From contig MCFE01000163.1 of the NCBI GenBank assembly GCA_002104905.1, forward strand, positions 1 to 64,000: a stretch of 64,000 nt of DNA. The letters are read 5' to 3'. The position numbers were made by a program, and so were the translations under genes. Position 1 is the first letter of the stretch, and every line of letters starts with the position of its first letter. The notes under the pieces are model-generated. The model made no database searches. It had not been told where the DNA came from and saw nothing but the letters and a program-made list of their open reading frames with translations. Below are positions 12,369 to 24,800 of the stretch, piece after piece. The stretch comes from Basidiobolus meristosporus CBS 931.73. Taxonomy: Eukaryota > Fungi > Basidiobolomycota.

Positions 12369-12957
12369 GTTGGAGCCTCAATTGGTGTTTTTGTTGTCCC
12401 GCGTGCTGACACACAGATCCAACACATTGATACCTGCCTGCGGAAATACTACTCTTCAAAGTTCCTACAAGATATTCAGAGGATTAGAAACAAGAACATG
12501 CCCAGAACATGGGTGGAGTGTGCAGTTCTAGTGATGAAGGACTCCTTGGATAAAAGCAAACTTTGGACTGCAGCTGAAATCCTACAGGACATATCCAGGA
12601 GAGAGCTGAAGCGAATATCGTAAGCATTTCCCACATGGCCAGGATTCAAATAGCTTTTGAATAACGCTTCACGCACAGAGGCCGGAATTCTTACCTGGCA
12701 CTTTTTTCTGCCCTGATGGACGATGTTCAGAAACCAACTGGATTTTTTGAGCGTCACGATGGAAAATTTACCCTCAAGGTATTGCAGTTCATGTGAGATT
12801 CTTACCAAGGCATATTGTGAAGTTAATGATGGTTTAACTAAGCCAGTTTTCGAAAAATCAGATGCAGTTGCTAACGGAGACATTGGAGGTGATATGTCTT
12901 GAGCAAACCAGCGAGGGAAACACTGATCCTAAGTTCGACGTGGAGAAACCCTTGTAG
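12369..12957 (+). CDS. Putative HARE-HTH (ASXL-type winged helix) domain protein; boundaries uncertain
   Basis: Not in the ORF track. Splicing intron 12620-12678 (GTAAGC...CACAG) gives RTWVECAVLVMKDSLDKSKLWTAAEILQDISRRELKRIS|GRNSYLALFSALMDDVQKPTGFFERHDGKFTLK, which by recall resembles the HARE-HTH consensus. Confidence 0.55.
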
Positions 12958-12958
12958 T

Positions 12959-13351
12959 ATGGGGTCGAGGCAACAATGTGATTCGGCATCGTCCCAGAAT
13001 ATTTCCTGCTCAGCGCCCAGTGTTATACCTGGGTGCTCGTCAAGCCTCCCTATAGACTTAACTTCCGCCGATGAGTATATTCCCTCCGCCAAAAAGGAGC
13101 AGAGCCCCGACCCGGAGTACCCATTCCCTTCCAAATCAACTCAACTAGAAAAACAAGCACGAAAATCCAAACGAGAAGCCCAGCTAAGAATGTGGAGGGC
13201 CCGTGAAGAACGCGAGTCACGGGAAATGCGGGCCCAACTGCGTCGGCAGCGGTCCGAAGGGGACCAGTCTGTACTCTTCCAGCCCAACCCGCCTAGAATT
13301 CGAGTGAATTTCGCGCTTGATGCCAATCAGGTTTTTGAATATACTCCTTAG
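12959..13351 (+). CDS. Unknown protein or last exon; Ser/Pro-rich region, basic coiled coil and C-terminal RVxF-like motif
   Basis: Open frame with EKQARKSKREAQLRMWRAREERESREMRAQLRRQR and terminal RIRVNFALDANQVFEYTP*. May be joined to the upstream HARE-HTH exons. Confidence 0.5.
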   Translation: MGSRQQCDSASSQNISCSAPSVIPGCSSSLPIDLTSADEYIPSAKKEQSPDPEYPFPSKSTQLEKQARKSKREAQLRMWRAREERESREMRAQLRRQRSEGDQSVLFQPNPPRIRVNFALDANQVFEYTP

Positions 13352-14530
13352 ACTTGTATATATGTACATTCTTCAAACCAATGGTATTCCTGTACAAAGG
13401 AGATCAGCCCAACCATCCCTAATAATAATCCCTTGAATACTCGCAAATGTTGGCACTGTGGTTTACTGTTAACAAGGGCACTCATCGAACGAGGTGGTCA
13501 GGGGGAATTACGAGAAGGAAAAAACATCTATCAAGTTGTACGCGCAAACAAACCAAGAGGATACTAGGACACACACATTGTTTTAGATAAGCGGAGTGAA
13601 TAGCAAAATATCATCGGGGGATTTTAGACTTTGGCGGTCTTTGGCAATTCAGCGACCTTGACGGAATCTTGCTCAGGGTGATCCGGAACGGCGGGCTTTA
13701 TTAAAGGGTAGACAACCCCGATGCCTTGGCTGGCCTGGAAGAGAGAAGCGAATGACTCCTGGATGTATCCAGTGCTAGCCAGAAGATTCACCTGAAGTTG
13801 ATCCATAGTGTTTCCGTGGTAGCGATCCAAAGACACTTGATTAGAGTTACTCCAGTTCACGGATATCAGTGATATGTCGCTTGCGTATGAGCAAGTTTAG
13901 AAGCGGTCCACTACCGTGAGATCTTCATGGCGTCTTATATACTCGAGTCCAGCCATTGGCTTACCCGCCACACATGATGTTTCAGCTTTCAATTCATTTA
14001 ACAGAAACGGGAATTCTGCAGCCATTGAATGGAATAATTTTGGGCGAAGAAATGTCTCGGAAACGCAGGATTTTCTACACTATCACCTTTAGAGGACAGC
14101 CTGCTTTAGCTTACAACTTGCTAATTGTTTAGCCAGTTTTGGTTAAAAGCATATACCTGCAGATCTCATATAATGGATACAACATTGAAGGTGGGGTTAC
14201 ACTGCATGGTCCGTTTTGGAACTGCTGCTTGTTGGGATAAGCTCTTGGCTGGCATCAACCATCCTTACTATTCGCCAGATGTACTCGAATTCATTAACGT
14301 AGTCGACGGGTCACATTAATTTCGTATTGTTCATTTCATGTGTCTTCTTCAGGGATATCTGCAGAATAGGGGGCGGAGAATTCAAATGATAATTTCACTT
14401 GGATCAATAAGATTTATTGATTGATAAATAATACAGGTTGAAGTATATCAATCTATGAGAAAATGGCTGATATTAATAAGACTAAGTGTGATATCTAATA
14501 TGTACGGCTCAATAAGGTCGAAATAAACAA

Positions 14531-17500
14531 TTAGCGCTTGGTCTTTCTGAAGACCCAGATGAATACAATGGTGACGAAAATGTTGAAGGCCCAGAATCCG
14601 ATGGTGATGCCAAGGTTTCTCCAGCGATGGCTGAAGTCCCAGCCCAAGGTGGCGGTGAAGTCCTGGCCGTTGGTGTATGGACAGTAGCTACACAGTCCGG
14701 TGCTGTTGTTGTCAGCCAAGTAGCCTGGTGCTTGCTTGAGGAACTCTGCCGCGTAACTTCCACATGTTTGGCCATCAGGAGCGTAGAATTTGACGAAATC
14801 ACTTCCCTTGCAGTGAACCTTGAAATCCTGCAACTCATTGACCATCAATCCTTCGAGGAAGTAGTGGTAGGGATCAAGCCAGTACATCCATGAACGCCAG
14901 AAGGTTGGAAGTCCTTGGGGTGTCATCAGGAGACCGGCAAACAAGTTGAGGAAGGAGTTGAGGAACGAGTTGAAGATAGAGGCCTGGGTAAGTGAGGCAG
15001 AGGCTGCTGCAACCATCTGACCGAAGGAGACGGAGAAGAACATGAAGAACAAGAACATAATGAAGTAGTAGCCTTCACGATCGGTGAGTGCCTGGAATCC
15101 GATGGTCCAGTAGACACAGAACATACACAAAGCCGCGCAAACCACGAGATACGGGAGCTCGACAAGTACAATGGAATATCCGAATGGACGCCAGCCATAA
15201 AGCTTCGAAGCGTACTCACGCTTGAACCACAAACGCTCGGACATAAACTTAGGCTGGGCAAGAACGACGAGAGAGGTACCAAGAACCAAGATTTGGAAAA
15301 TCGAGAAAATTCTAGCCTGAAGATCCACGGCGGCATCGCCAAGCTTCCAGAACGAGAAACCATTGAAGAGACAGACGACAATAACCTTGGCAAAACGGCC
15401 CATGTTGTAATCAGGTGAACGCCACCAGGTCTTGTTCATACGCTTGTAGACCAGCTTGAATTGCTCCCACTCACCGGTGGCAAACTCTCTAGCATCTGGG
15501 TTCTGGGGCTTGACATTCTTCTGGACCTCCTCAAGCTCTTCTTGAATGGCAGCGGCTTCGGGTGAGTCCTTCCAAAGTTGGATCCAGTCAGCCTTGGCCT
15601 TTCCGTTGATACCTGCTCCGATACAGTCCAAGATGTACTCCGAGGGGTTAGCCTCGGTAGGGCATGGTGGAGCCCCATTGCGTTCGAAGTAGTCCAACAT
15701 CACTCTGGAGTTCTCTCCGATAGGCCCGAAGTACACGGTCTTGCCACCACGAGCCAATAGGAGTAGGCGATCAAAGTATTCGAACAGAATCGAGCTTGGC
15801 TGATGGATGGTACACACCAAGGGCATTCCGTGGTCGGCCAGCTTGCGCACAAACTTGATGATGTTGTAGGAACTCTGGGCATCCAGTCCGGAGGTGGGCT
15901 CATCCAGGAAGAGGATCTTGGGCTTGGCCACCAACTCGATACCGATGGTCAAACGCTTACGCTCTTCCACCGAAATACCAGCACCCGACTCGAGGTCACC
16001 GATGAGCGCCTCGGCGATGTGCTCCATCTCCATCAAGTGCAGAATCTCCTCCACGTAGGCATCCTTCTCTTCCTTCGAGACTTCCGGAGGCTGACGAAGA
16101 TAAGCAGAGAATCTGAGCGCCTCACGAACAGTGGCCTACATCAGGGCAAGCAGGGGATTAGTCAGCTGTTGAGTGTGCAGGGGTCGTTGTCAAGGTGACG
16201 GCTGTGGCGCGACCCATTGGGCGGTGATCCGTGGAGCACCACCTCTGTCCCCACCACAACCACAACCACGCCATCAATGACATATAGATAGAAAGGGTAC
16301 TTACAGCTGGGTTATGCACATCCATTTGCTCGCAATAGCCGGTGATTCGCTCGAAATCGATTCCAAGTGGCTCGCCATTGAGGTACATTCTACCCTCGAT
16401 CTCACCAATGGTCTTTCTCTTGGAGAGCACGTCCAGCAGCGTGGTCTTGCCAGCACCGGAGCTGCCCATCAAGGCGGTCATCTCTCCAGGCTTGATCCAG
16501 CCACCGATGTCATCGAGGAGTTGTCGCTTTCCGCCCTTCACTGGAACAGTGTAGTTGATGTGTTGCCAGGTGAAGGTGGTGTTTGTGTTGAGGTTCATGG
16601 ATTGCTTGTCACCGTTCTTCTCCTCGTCAGCCTGTTCTTTGAGCTCCTTCTCTTCGGCCTCGGTATCGTTCTTCTTTGGAGCCATACCCTTCTTGTAAAC
16701 ACTACGAGTAGTACCTCCGTGGGTGAACTCGATCTTTTCGAGGGCGAGGGCGGTGCAAGCAACGAAGAACAACCAGAAGAGGATAACTGCCACGATATCG
16801 ATTCCTCTTTGCGAGGTAAGATAACCATAGGTAGCCTTGAGATAGTCATCGCCTAGCACAGTGAGGTGACCAGGTTGACTTCCAGCTATAGTGCAGCTTC
16901 TATATTGCGGATTAGTGTAGGTAGGACCATACGGGACGGCATCAACTCCTTCGCAACTAAAGTATATATCGTGCATTTCGTTGGAAAGCAATGCCTTGAA
17001 ACCGTAAGCCATCGGATTGATCCAGTATACCCATACCAACCAAGGGTGCATTTGCGGATGAGGAATAAGGTAGCCGGCGTAACAGAGTAGAGCGATCCAA
17101 ACAGTACCAGACAACTGACTGGCAATGAAGTAGTTCTTGGAAACGGCACCGCACAAACGATAGTACGCTGTCATACACATGGAGAGCATAAACACACAGA
17201 ACCAGTAGAAGAAGAATTTGTCCGCACGGCGGTCAAGCCCAAACATGAAGTAACTGCAGAGGGTAAACACAATCGACTGCATAATGTTAACTGGGATATC
17301 GCAGATCACTTGAGCGATATGGAAAGAGGAAGGATGGTACATGGCGTAGGCCTTATGCTTCTGCAGAATACCACGTCCTTGCAGGGCGTTTGGAAGTTCG
17401 GATTGAGACACGAGCGACATGAAAAGTACCACGGAGAACAGAGCACCACCACGAGAGAATGTTCCGAGACCGGTGAGGGGCATGAGGTAGAAGACTGAGG

Positions 17501-19159
17501 CGTAGATCAAACCCTTGGATGTCACAGAGAAGGCTCTGGAGACAAGGGAGGCTTTGTCACCCCAAATCAACTGGAACTGACGGACAATCAATGCCTTGAT
17601 CTCGGAGGCATAGGATGTGGTGTATGGCGATTTCTTTGGCAATGTCTTTGCCTTTGCTTCACGGAGATGATCCTTGAATTCATCAGCTGGGTGTTGCTCT
17701 TCTATCCAACGTTCGTAATGTTGCATCTCTTCTAAGAGAAGTTTGTAGTCGGAGGAGGCGTGGAATGCTTGCTCGAACTCAGCAGCAGTTCTGGGGGTCT
17801 TGCCCTCCCATCCTGGAGCAATCACTCTCTCGTGGGGATTGGTGATTCCTGTCAAGAAATCGGGTGTGCTCTTACGAGCGGGACATACGAATCCAAGCTC
17901 CTCGAAGTACGACTTGGCTCTGTGTACCGGGCCAAAGAAGATGCATCTTCCCTTGTCAAGGATGACCACCTTGTCAAACTGATAGTAGATACTCTCTGAT
18001 GCCTGATAGAATGAGGCAATGGTGGTCTTGTTCAGGGTGTTGCTCATGACACGGAGTGACTTGGCGTAATCGAGGGCACTGGCTGCATCCAAGCCACGAG
18101 TACTGCAATCCCAGCAGTTGATGGCACTTCTTGAGGCCATAGCTTCAGCAATGCTAGAAACACAAATGTTAGCAATCAGCCACCAATAGCTAGGAATGGA
18201 CCACTGGTCGATCTAGACTGGGGTGCAGTCTGTCCACAATGCAGCTTCACTTACCTAAGACGCTTTCTTTCACCACCTGACAAACCTCTGACGAACTCGT
18301 TACCAACCAAGGTGTTCATCGCCTTGTTGAGCCCGAACATACTTCCAAGCATGTGAAGAATGCTGGATACAAACATGTTGCGGGTCTGGTTGGGGAGACG
18401 CTTGCCGGGAGTTTTCGTCTTCAAGGCAAACTTCAAAGTCTGAGACACGGTCAGAGTAGGATAGTGCACATCTTCTTCCATCACGTACACACTATCACCA
18501 CGGTATTTCTTGAATTCCTTTGCTGGGACACCGCCGTAAGCTACCTCGCCTGTCACAGCCTTGTAGTCGGCGGTGTTGTTGGCAATCACTCTCAGGAAGG
18601 TGGTACATCCAGATCCTGGACGACCCAAAACCAGAAGCATCTCACCATCTCTGCAGAACCCGGTAAGATTATGGAGGATATCGAAATCGGTACCACGTTG
18701 CTCTTTGCGGAATAATCTCATAGGATTGATCCAATGCCCGATGATTTCCAAGGGGGTGAACAAATCGGAGATGTGAGAGGCATCGGCTCCCTCACCCACC
18801 ACAGTCAGGTTTCTAAAGGTCACCCCCATTCTCTTGCGCTTGATTCCTTCCTTGTCACTAGCATTGGTGGTCTCGGTCAGGAAATCAGCCAAATCGAAGT
18901 CCGGGGGCTCAGCTCCACCTTTCTCGGGTTCGGCACCAAGCTTACTATGCTTTGTCGCGATACGATGCAATGCAGTTTCTTTTGTCAGAGTTCTTCCCAA
19001 GTCCTTGAATTCCTGCTCGGCTGACTCGACGTTCACCATACTGCGGCCACCCCATTGACCTCCGGTGGCTCGTTCACCGCTTTCAACCATGGTCAATTCA
19101 TCAACACCACCACAGTCTTCCTTTTCGGAGCGGGTCTGATCGTCTATTTCGTTTTCCAT
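14531..19159 (-). CDS. Full-size PDR/ABCG transporter, copy 1 (NBD-TMD-NBD-TMD)
   Basis: Exons 19159-18255, 18153-16305 and 16135-14531. NBD1 GRPGSGCTTFL (PDR Cys Walker A), LSGGERKRL and CWDCSTRGLD; NBD2 GSSGAGKT, ISVEERKRL and LFLDEPTSGLD; two TMDs. Confidence 0.95.
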
Positions 19160-19297
19160 AGTGTGGAATTATTAGTTTCTTGAAAATCAAGTCTATTGTA
19201 GAGGAGATTATTAAGCTCTCAAGACCGGGTAGGGTCGATTATGCGAGAGGAGATTTCTATAATTTACAGGTTGATGTGTTGTACTGCACATCCTGCT

Positions 19298-19306
19298 CTA
19301 TATATA
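19298..19306 (-). promoter_or_regulatory. TATA-like element of PDR copy 1
   Basis: TATATATAG on the minus strand about 140 nt upstream of ATG 19159, the same spacing as in copy 3. Confidence 0.45.
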
Positions 19307-21782
19307 CCCCACCCAGCTCCGAGGTAGATTCTGTAATCAGCGAACCTCGAACACTCGTCTATGCCGATTTGTTGTTGTCATTCCGATATTGAGCTTGGTT
19401 TCACTGATAGTTTTCCAAATGTCAACTCAGTCACAGTCTAATCCCGATTTCACGAGGGCCAGTCCCAAAAAGTTCATCCTTACAACCCAAATAGTAATTA
19501 CTAATATATTCATGATTCCTAGATTTGGTAAATATACCACTCACCAGCGGACACAACAAACGATTTCCCAATTCCCAATGACGAAAGTGCTATAAATGTC
19601 CACTAAAATGGAATGTCACCCCTCATTTACGAATCTATTGTCCCCATTAGCAGAGACTTGATTCCGAGTTTCGGATGTGAGATTTCACTAAAGAGTGCAG
19701 ATACTCAACTAGATGGCTTCCACTTGGCTTTTAATAGGCCGCTAGGTATCTCCCATATATATTTTCACAATAGATGAATTGGCTTAGGCTCTGGTACTAT
19801 ATGAGAGTATTCTTTTTATCTTCATTCCCCGAGTATTCTACCGGGATGGAAGATGACTCTCTGACCATCGTCAATATCAACCATGTTATCGGATTTCACA
19901 ACACCCTTATCGATGCGCAATACAGTACAGAATATCATACCAATGTTTTCCAAATTTCGGGTTCGTCACGGTTAGAAATAAATCTTATTTCTGGCTAAAA
20001 ATAAGTTTATCCGAAAACACAGTAGACACTTACTATATAAGGAGATGAAGGGCACCATCCGCACCTAACGGAATGAGTATTGGTGCTATTTACGCATCCG
20101 CATACATACTGGCTTGATATGTGACGATGATATCGGTATAGACTTGGAGTGCCTATCGGCTGGCATTGATCGGGCAGGCATTCATTTGATTAACAATTTT
20201 TACCCTTCATGGCATCCCAGTAATGAGAACCTACGATTCGTAGGATTTTACCCGCCGATCAAATCCAAAACCTAAAAGCCCTTCGATCACCAACTGATTA
20301 ATTCGGGAACCTGGATTTTTCAAGCAATCGCTTTGTTATCTATGGGGTGGCTCCGGAGGTGCTACACGTGTTGAATAGCCGAAGTGGTTAATCGGCTCCC
20401 AAGTATTCCTCAATGGTCTGATTTGGAGTGTGCTATTCCAAATCCTTTTACTTTGCCGAGATAGGAAAGGGATTTGGAACATATGGGTATTCCGTGGATA
20501 CTTCGAGCATAGACTCCATTTATGGCTAATTGATGCTAGCCTCGGATATGCAGATTCCACGATAGTCTACCTTGCCAAAAGGTGCTTTTACTTGCCGATT
20601 AGCCAAGATAATCCAACTTGCACCTTCTCGTATATCAGTGAAGAAAAGAAGCATTCTATTCTCAGTGCTCGTCAACTTAGTGAGGAAGAACCTTGCCTAC
20701 TACGGCCACGAACCCATGTAGTCGTCATTAAATGGAAATCGTTTTCAAATTCCGCAACGCGGTATCAAGCCTCGCTGCCAAATGGTTATATATGGCGATG
20801 GCTCTATCTTAGAGTTACAAAATCGCTTTTACGTCAGCTTAGCTTATTTGTTTAGCTTTTGAGTTAAGGAGGCGAAGACTAACTTGGTTCTGGATGCGAT
20901 TAATTTGAAGGTTAAACTTAAACACTAACCCAGCCATTTTCTCAAGCTAGATGGACCACGAACCGATAGACCTACGCAGGTGGACCATGACTAATGATTA
21001 CACCATCCCCATATGAAGAATAAAAGGTTCCGTGGCACTTTGGTAAGTCAGGAGTACGATGATGGATGAATTCAATTAGCCCGCGGAGTGGAGATGGCAG
21101 AAGTAAATTGCCAGATGCTCATTAGAATCAAGTCTGAGACGCACGGGTGCGCCTATTTCATCAATGTGTAGGCGGTTAAACGAAGGTGGGATTTTCGCCC
21201 TGGCCAATGATAGAGATCTTCAACAGGAGTCGCTTAATAGATCCACACATCAGACCATAACTATGTACGATGGTCGCAACTGCTATTTAGTTTAATGCGA
21301 AAGTAAGCTGAAACTTCGGTTTTTATTAGGCACCTCGGGTCAACTGCTGCCCCGACAAGGAGTGTAAATTTCTATAGCCAAGTAGTTTAATTTCGGACGA
21401 TCCAATTTCCCGCATATCGGTTCCATGGCTTAACAGAAACTGCCGATCGAAGGGCCAGTTCCACATCTCCCAAATAGGAATCAAGCTGAAGTTAAATGAA
21501 GTTAAATTTCAAAACCACTTCAGCATATGGATCTGGTCAATTTGCTGGCTGGCTAATTGGAGGAGGGGCCACCAGATGATCGAACGGTGGCATTAGGGAG
21601 GGCACTCAATTGTTACTGGCAAGCCCAATTCTTACTAACGCAGAACATCAAAGGTAGCACAACGCTCCTAGAATATTTTCTCAAGTGTTGGAGATGGCAA
21701 CCGGGTTCTGAAAACGTGAATACAAAATACCTTACAAACCAATCATGGGTGCGAGTACTCCTTAACCTGGAGAGCCTGAGAG

Positions 21783-21788
21783 TATAAA
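21783..21788 (+). promoter_or_regulatory. TATA box of PDR copy 2
   Basis: TATAAA overlaps the ORF-track ATG at 21788, which favours the downstream ATG 21833 (METENEK) as the real start. Confidence 0.4.
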
Positions 21789-21832
21789 TGGTCGCAGGTT
21801 TGTTCGTTCCAACCCTGCCAGCCTCATCCAGC

Positions 21833-24800
21833 ATGGAGACTGAAAACGAAAAATCATCCGCCACAGATCTGACGAACAACGATGAGCTTACTATAGTGGA
21901 AACAGGTGAAAGGGGCTCTACCGGGATGTGGGGTGAACAAAGTGTAGTGGATGTAGAGACAGCCGAAGCCCATTACAAGCACTTGAGCCGTACATTAACT
22001 CGCGAGAGTATTCTAAAGCAAAGCAGGACTATCCAAACTAATGCGGCAGAAGAACAAGAGATGGAATTTAATCTGAAGGATTTCCTGCAAACCGCGGCTG
22101 ACAGCTATAAAAAAGAAGGGATCAAAGGGAAACGTATGGGGGTGACATTTAGAAATCTAACGGTGGTGGGCGAGGGAGCTGATGCCACTCATATTTCCGA
22201 TTTGACGACGCCGTTTGAAGTAATTGGGAGATGGTTAAACCCACTCAAATGGCTTACCAAGTCGCAGCGTGGTACCGACTTCAATATTCTCCATGATATT
22301 ACCGGCTTCGTAAGAGATGGTGAGATGCTTCTGGTGTTGGGTCGTCCAGGATCCGGGTGTACTACCTTCTTGAGAGTGATTGCTAATAAGCGCAAGGAGT
22401 ATAAAGCAGTGGAGGGAGCACTGGCTTATGGTGGTGTTCAGGCAGATGAATTTAGCCACTATAGGGGGGAGAGTATGTATGTAATGGAAGAAGATGTGCA
22501 CTATCCTACTCTGACCGTGTCTCAGACTTTGAAGTTTGCCTTGAAGACGAAAACTCCCGGCAAGCGTCTCCCCAACCAGACCCGCAACATGTTTGTATCC
22601 AACGTTCTTCACATGCTTGGAAGTATGTTCGGGCTCAACAAGGCGATGAACACCTTGGTTGGCAACGAGTTCGTCAGAGGCTTGTCAGGCGGTGAAAGAA
22701 AGCGTCTTAGGTAAGTGAAGCTGCATTGTGGACAGACTGCACCCCAGTCTAGCTCGACCAGTGGCCCATTCCTAGCTATTGATGACTGATTGCTAACATT
22801 TGTGTTTCTAGCATTGCTGAAGCTATGGCCTCAAGAAGTGCCATCAACTGCTGGGATTGCAGTACTCGTGGCTTGGATGCAGCCAGTGCCCTCGATTACG
22901 CCAAGTCACTCCGTGTCATGAGCAACACCCTGAACAAGACCACCATTGCCTCATTCTATCAGGCATCGGATAGTATCTACTATCAGTTTGACAAGGTGGT
23001 CATCCTTGACAAGGGAAGATGCATCTTCTTTGGCCCGGTACACAGAGCCAAGTCGTACTTCGAGGAGCTTGGATTCGTATGTCCCGCTCGTAAGAGCACA
23101 CCCGATTTCTTGACAGGAATCACCAATCCTCACGAGAGAGTGGTTGCTCCAGGATGGGAGGGCAAGACCCCCAGAACTGCTGCTGAGTTCGAGCAAGCAT
23201 TCCACGCCTCCTCTGACTACAAACTTCTCATGGAAGAGATGCAACAGTATGAGCGCTGGATTCAAGAGACAAACCCAGCCAACGAATTCAGGGATCATCT
23301 CCGTGAAGCAAAAGCAAAGACACTGCCAAAGAAATCGCCATATACCACATCCTATATTTCGGAGACCAAGGCGCTGCTCATTCGTCAGTTCCAGTTGATT
23401 TGGGGTGACAAAGCCTCTCTTGTTTCTAGAGCCTTTTCTGTGACATCCAAGGGCCTAATCTACGCCTCAGTCTTCTATCTAATGCAACTTAACGGCCTAG
23501 GAGCGTTCTCGCGTGGCGGTGCGCTCTTTTCGGTAATCCTGTTCATGTCAATGATATCACAATCAGAGTTACCAAATGCTCTGAAGGGTCGAACCATCCT
23601 TCAAAAGCACAAGGCCTACGCGATGTATCACCCATCATCATTCCATGTGGCACAGGTAATAAGCGATATCCCTATAGCCATCATGCAAAGTATGGTTTTC
23701 ACCTTCTGTAGTTACTTCATGTTTGGACTTGATCTTCGCGCGGACAAATTCTTCTTCTACTGGTTCACATTATGGGCGGTGGCGATGTGCATGACCGCCT
23801 ATTTTCGGCTGTGCGGGGCCATATCCAAAAATTACTTTTTGGCCAGTCAATTGTCCAGCACAATCTGGATCATTTTCCTATGTTATTCTGGGTATTTGAT
23901 CCCCTACTCTCAAATGCATCCCTGGTTGATCTGGGTTTACTGGATAAATCCGATGGCCTACGGATACAAAGCATTAATGGGGAATGAAATGAGAGACCAG
24001 GATTTCAGCTGTACGGGAGAAGAGGCCATCCCCTACGGTCCGACATACACTCAAGATAATTTCAAAAGCTGCACCTTTGCCGGTTCAAAACCTGGTCGGT
24101 TATATATTCCAGGGGATGATTATTTGAAGGCCTCTTACAATTTCACTTCGGGCCAGATGGCAGTCAGCATTATCGCCGTTCTTTTGTTTTGGGTGCTGTT
24201 TGTTGCTTGTACCGCCCTTGCTCTCGAAAAGATCGAGTTCACGCGTGCAGGGACCACTCGTAGTGTTTACAAGAAGGGTATGGCTCCAAAGAAGAACGAT
24301 ACCGAGGCCGAAGAGAAGGAGCTCAAAGAACAGGCTGACGAGGAGAAGAACGGTGACAAGCAATCCATGAACCTCAACACAAACACCACCTTCACCTGGC
24401 AACACATCAACTACACTGTTCCAGTGAAGGGCGGAAAGCGACAACTCCTCGATGACATCGGTGGCTGGATCAAGCCTGGAGAGATGACCGCCTTGATGGG
24501 CAGCTCCGGTGCTGGTAAGACCACGCTGCTGGACGTGCTCTCCAAGAGAAAGACCATTGGTGAGATCGAGGGTAGAATGTACCTCAATGGCGAGCCACTT
24601 GGAATCGATTTCGAGCGAATCACCGGCTATTGCGAGCAAATGGATGTGCATAACCCAGCTGTAAGTACCCTTTCTATCTATATGTCCTTGATGGCGTGGT
24701 TGTGGTTGTGGTGGGGACAGAGGTGGTGCTCCACGGATCACCGCCCAATGGGTCGCACCATAGCCGTCACCTTGACAACGACCCCTGCACACTCAACAGC

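Noticed and set aside
12476-12883. 135-aa minus-strand ORF
   Set aside because: It is the antisense shadow of the plus-strand HARE-HTH-like exons, which have proper splice signals.
13624-14000. Possible small spliced minus-strand gene (…GPLLNLLIRKRHITDIREL…TGYIQESFASLF…)
   Set aside because: Splice models need weak sites and give no recognisable protein; there is not enough support without RNA data.
20491-21087. Yeast PDRE-like motifs (TCCGTGGA at 20491, TCCGTGGC at 21029, CCCGCGGA at 21080) in the PDR divergent promoter
   Set aside because: TCCGTGG also occurs in unrelated places in the window (e.g. near 7400 and 13813), only one site is perfect, and Pdr1/Pdr3 are Saccharomycotina regulators.
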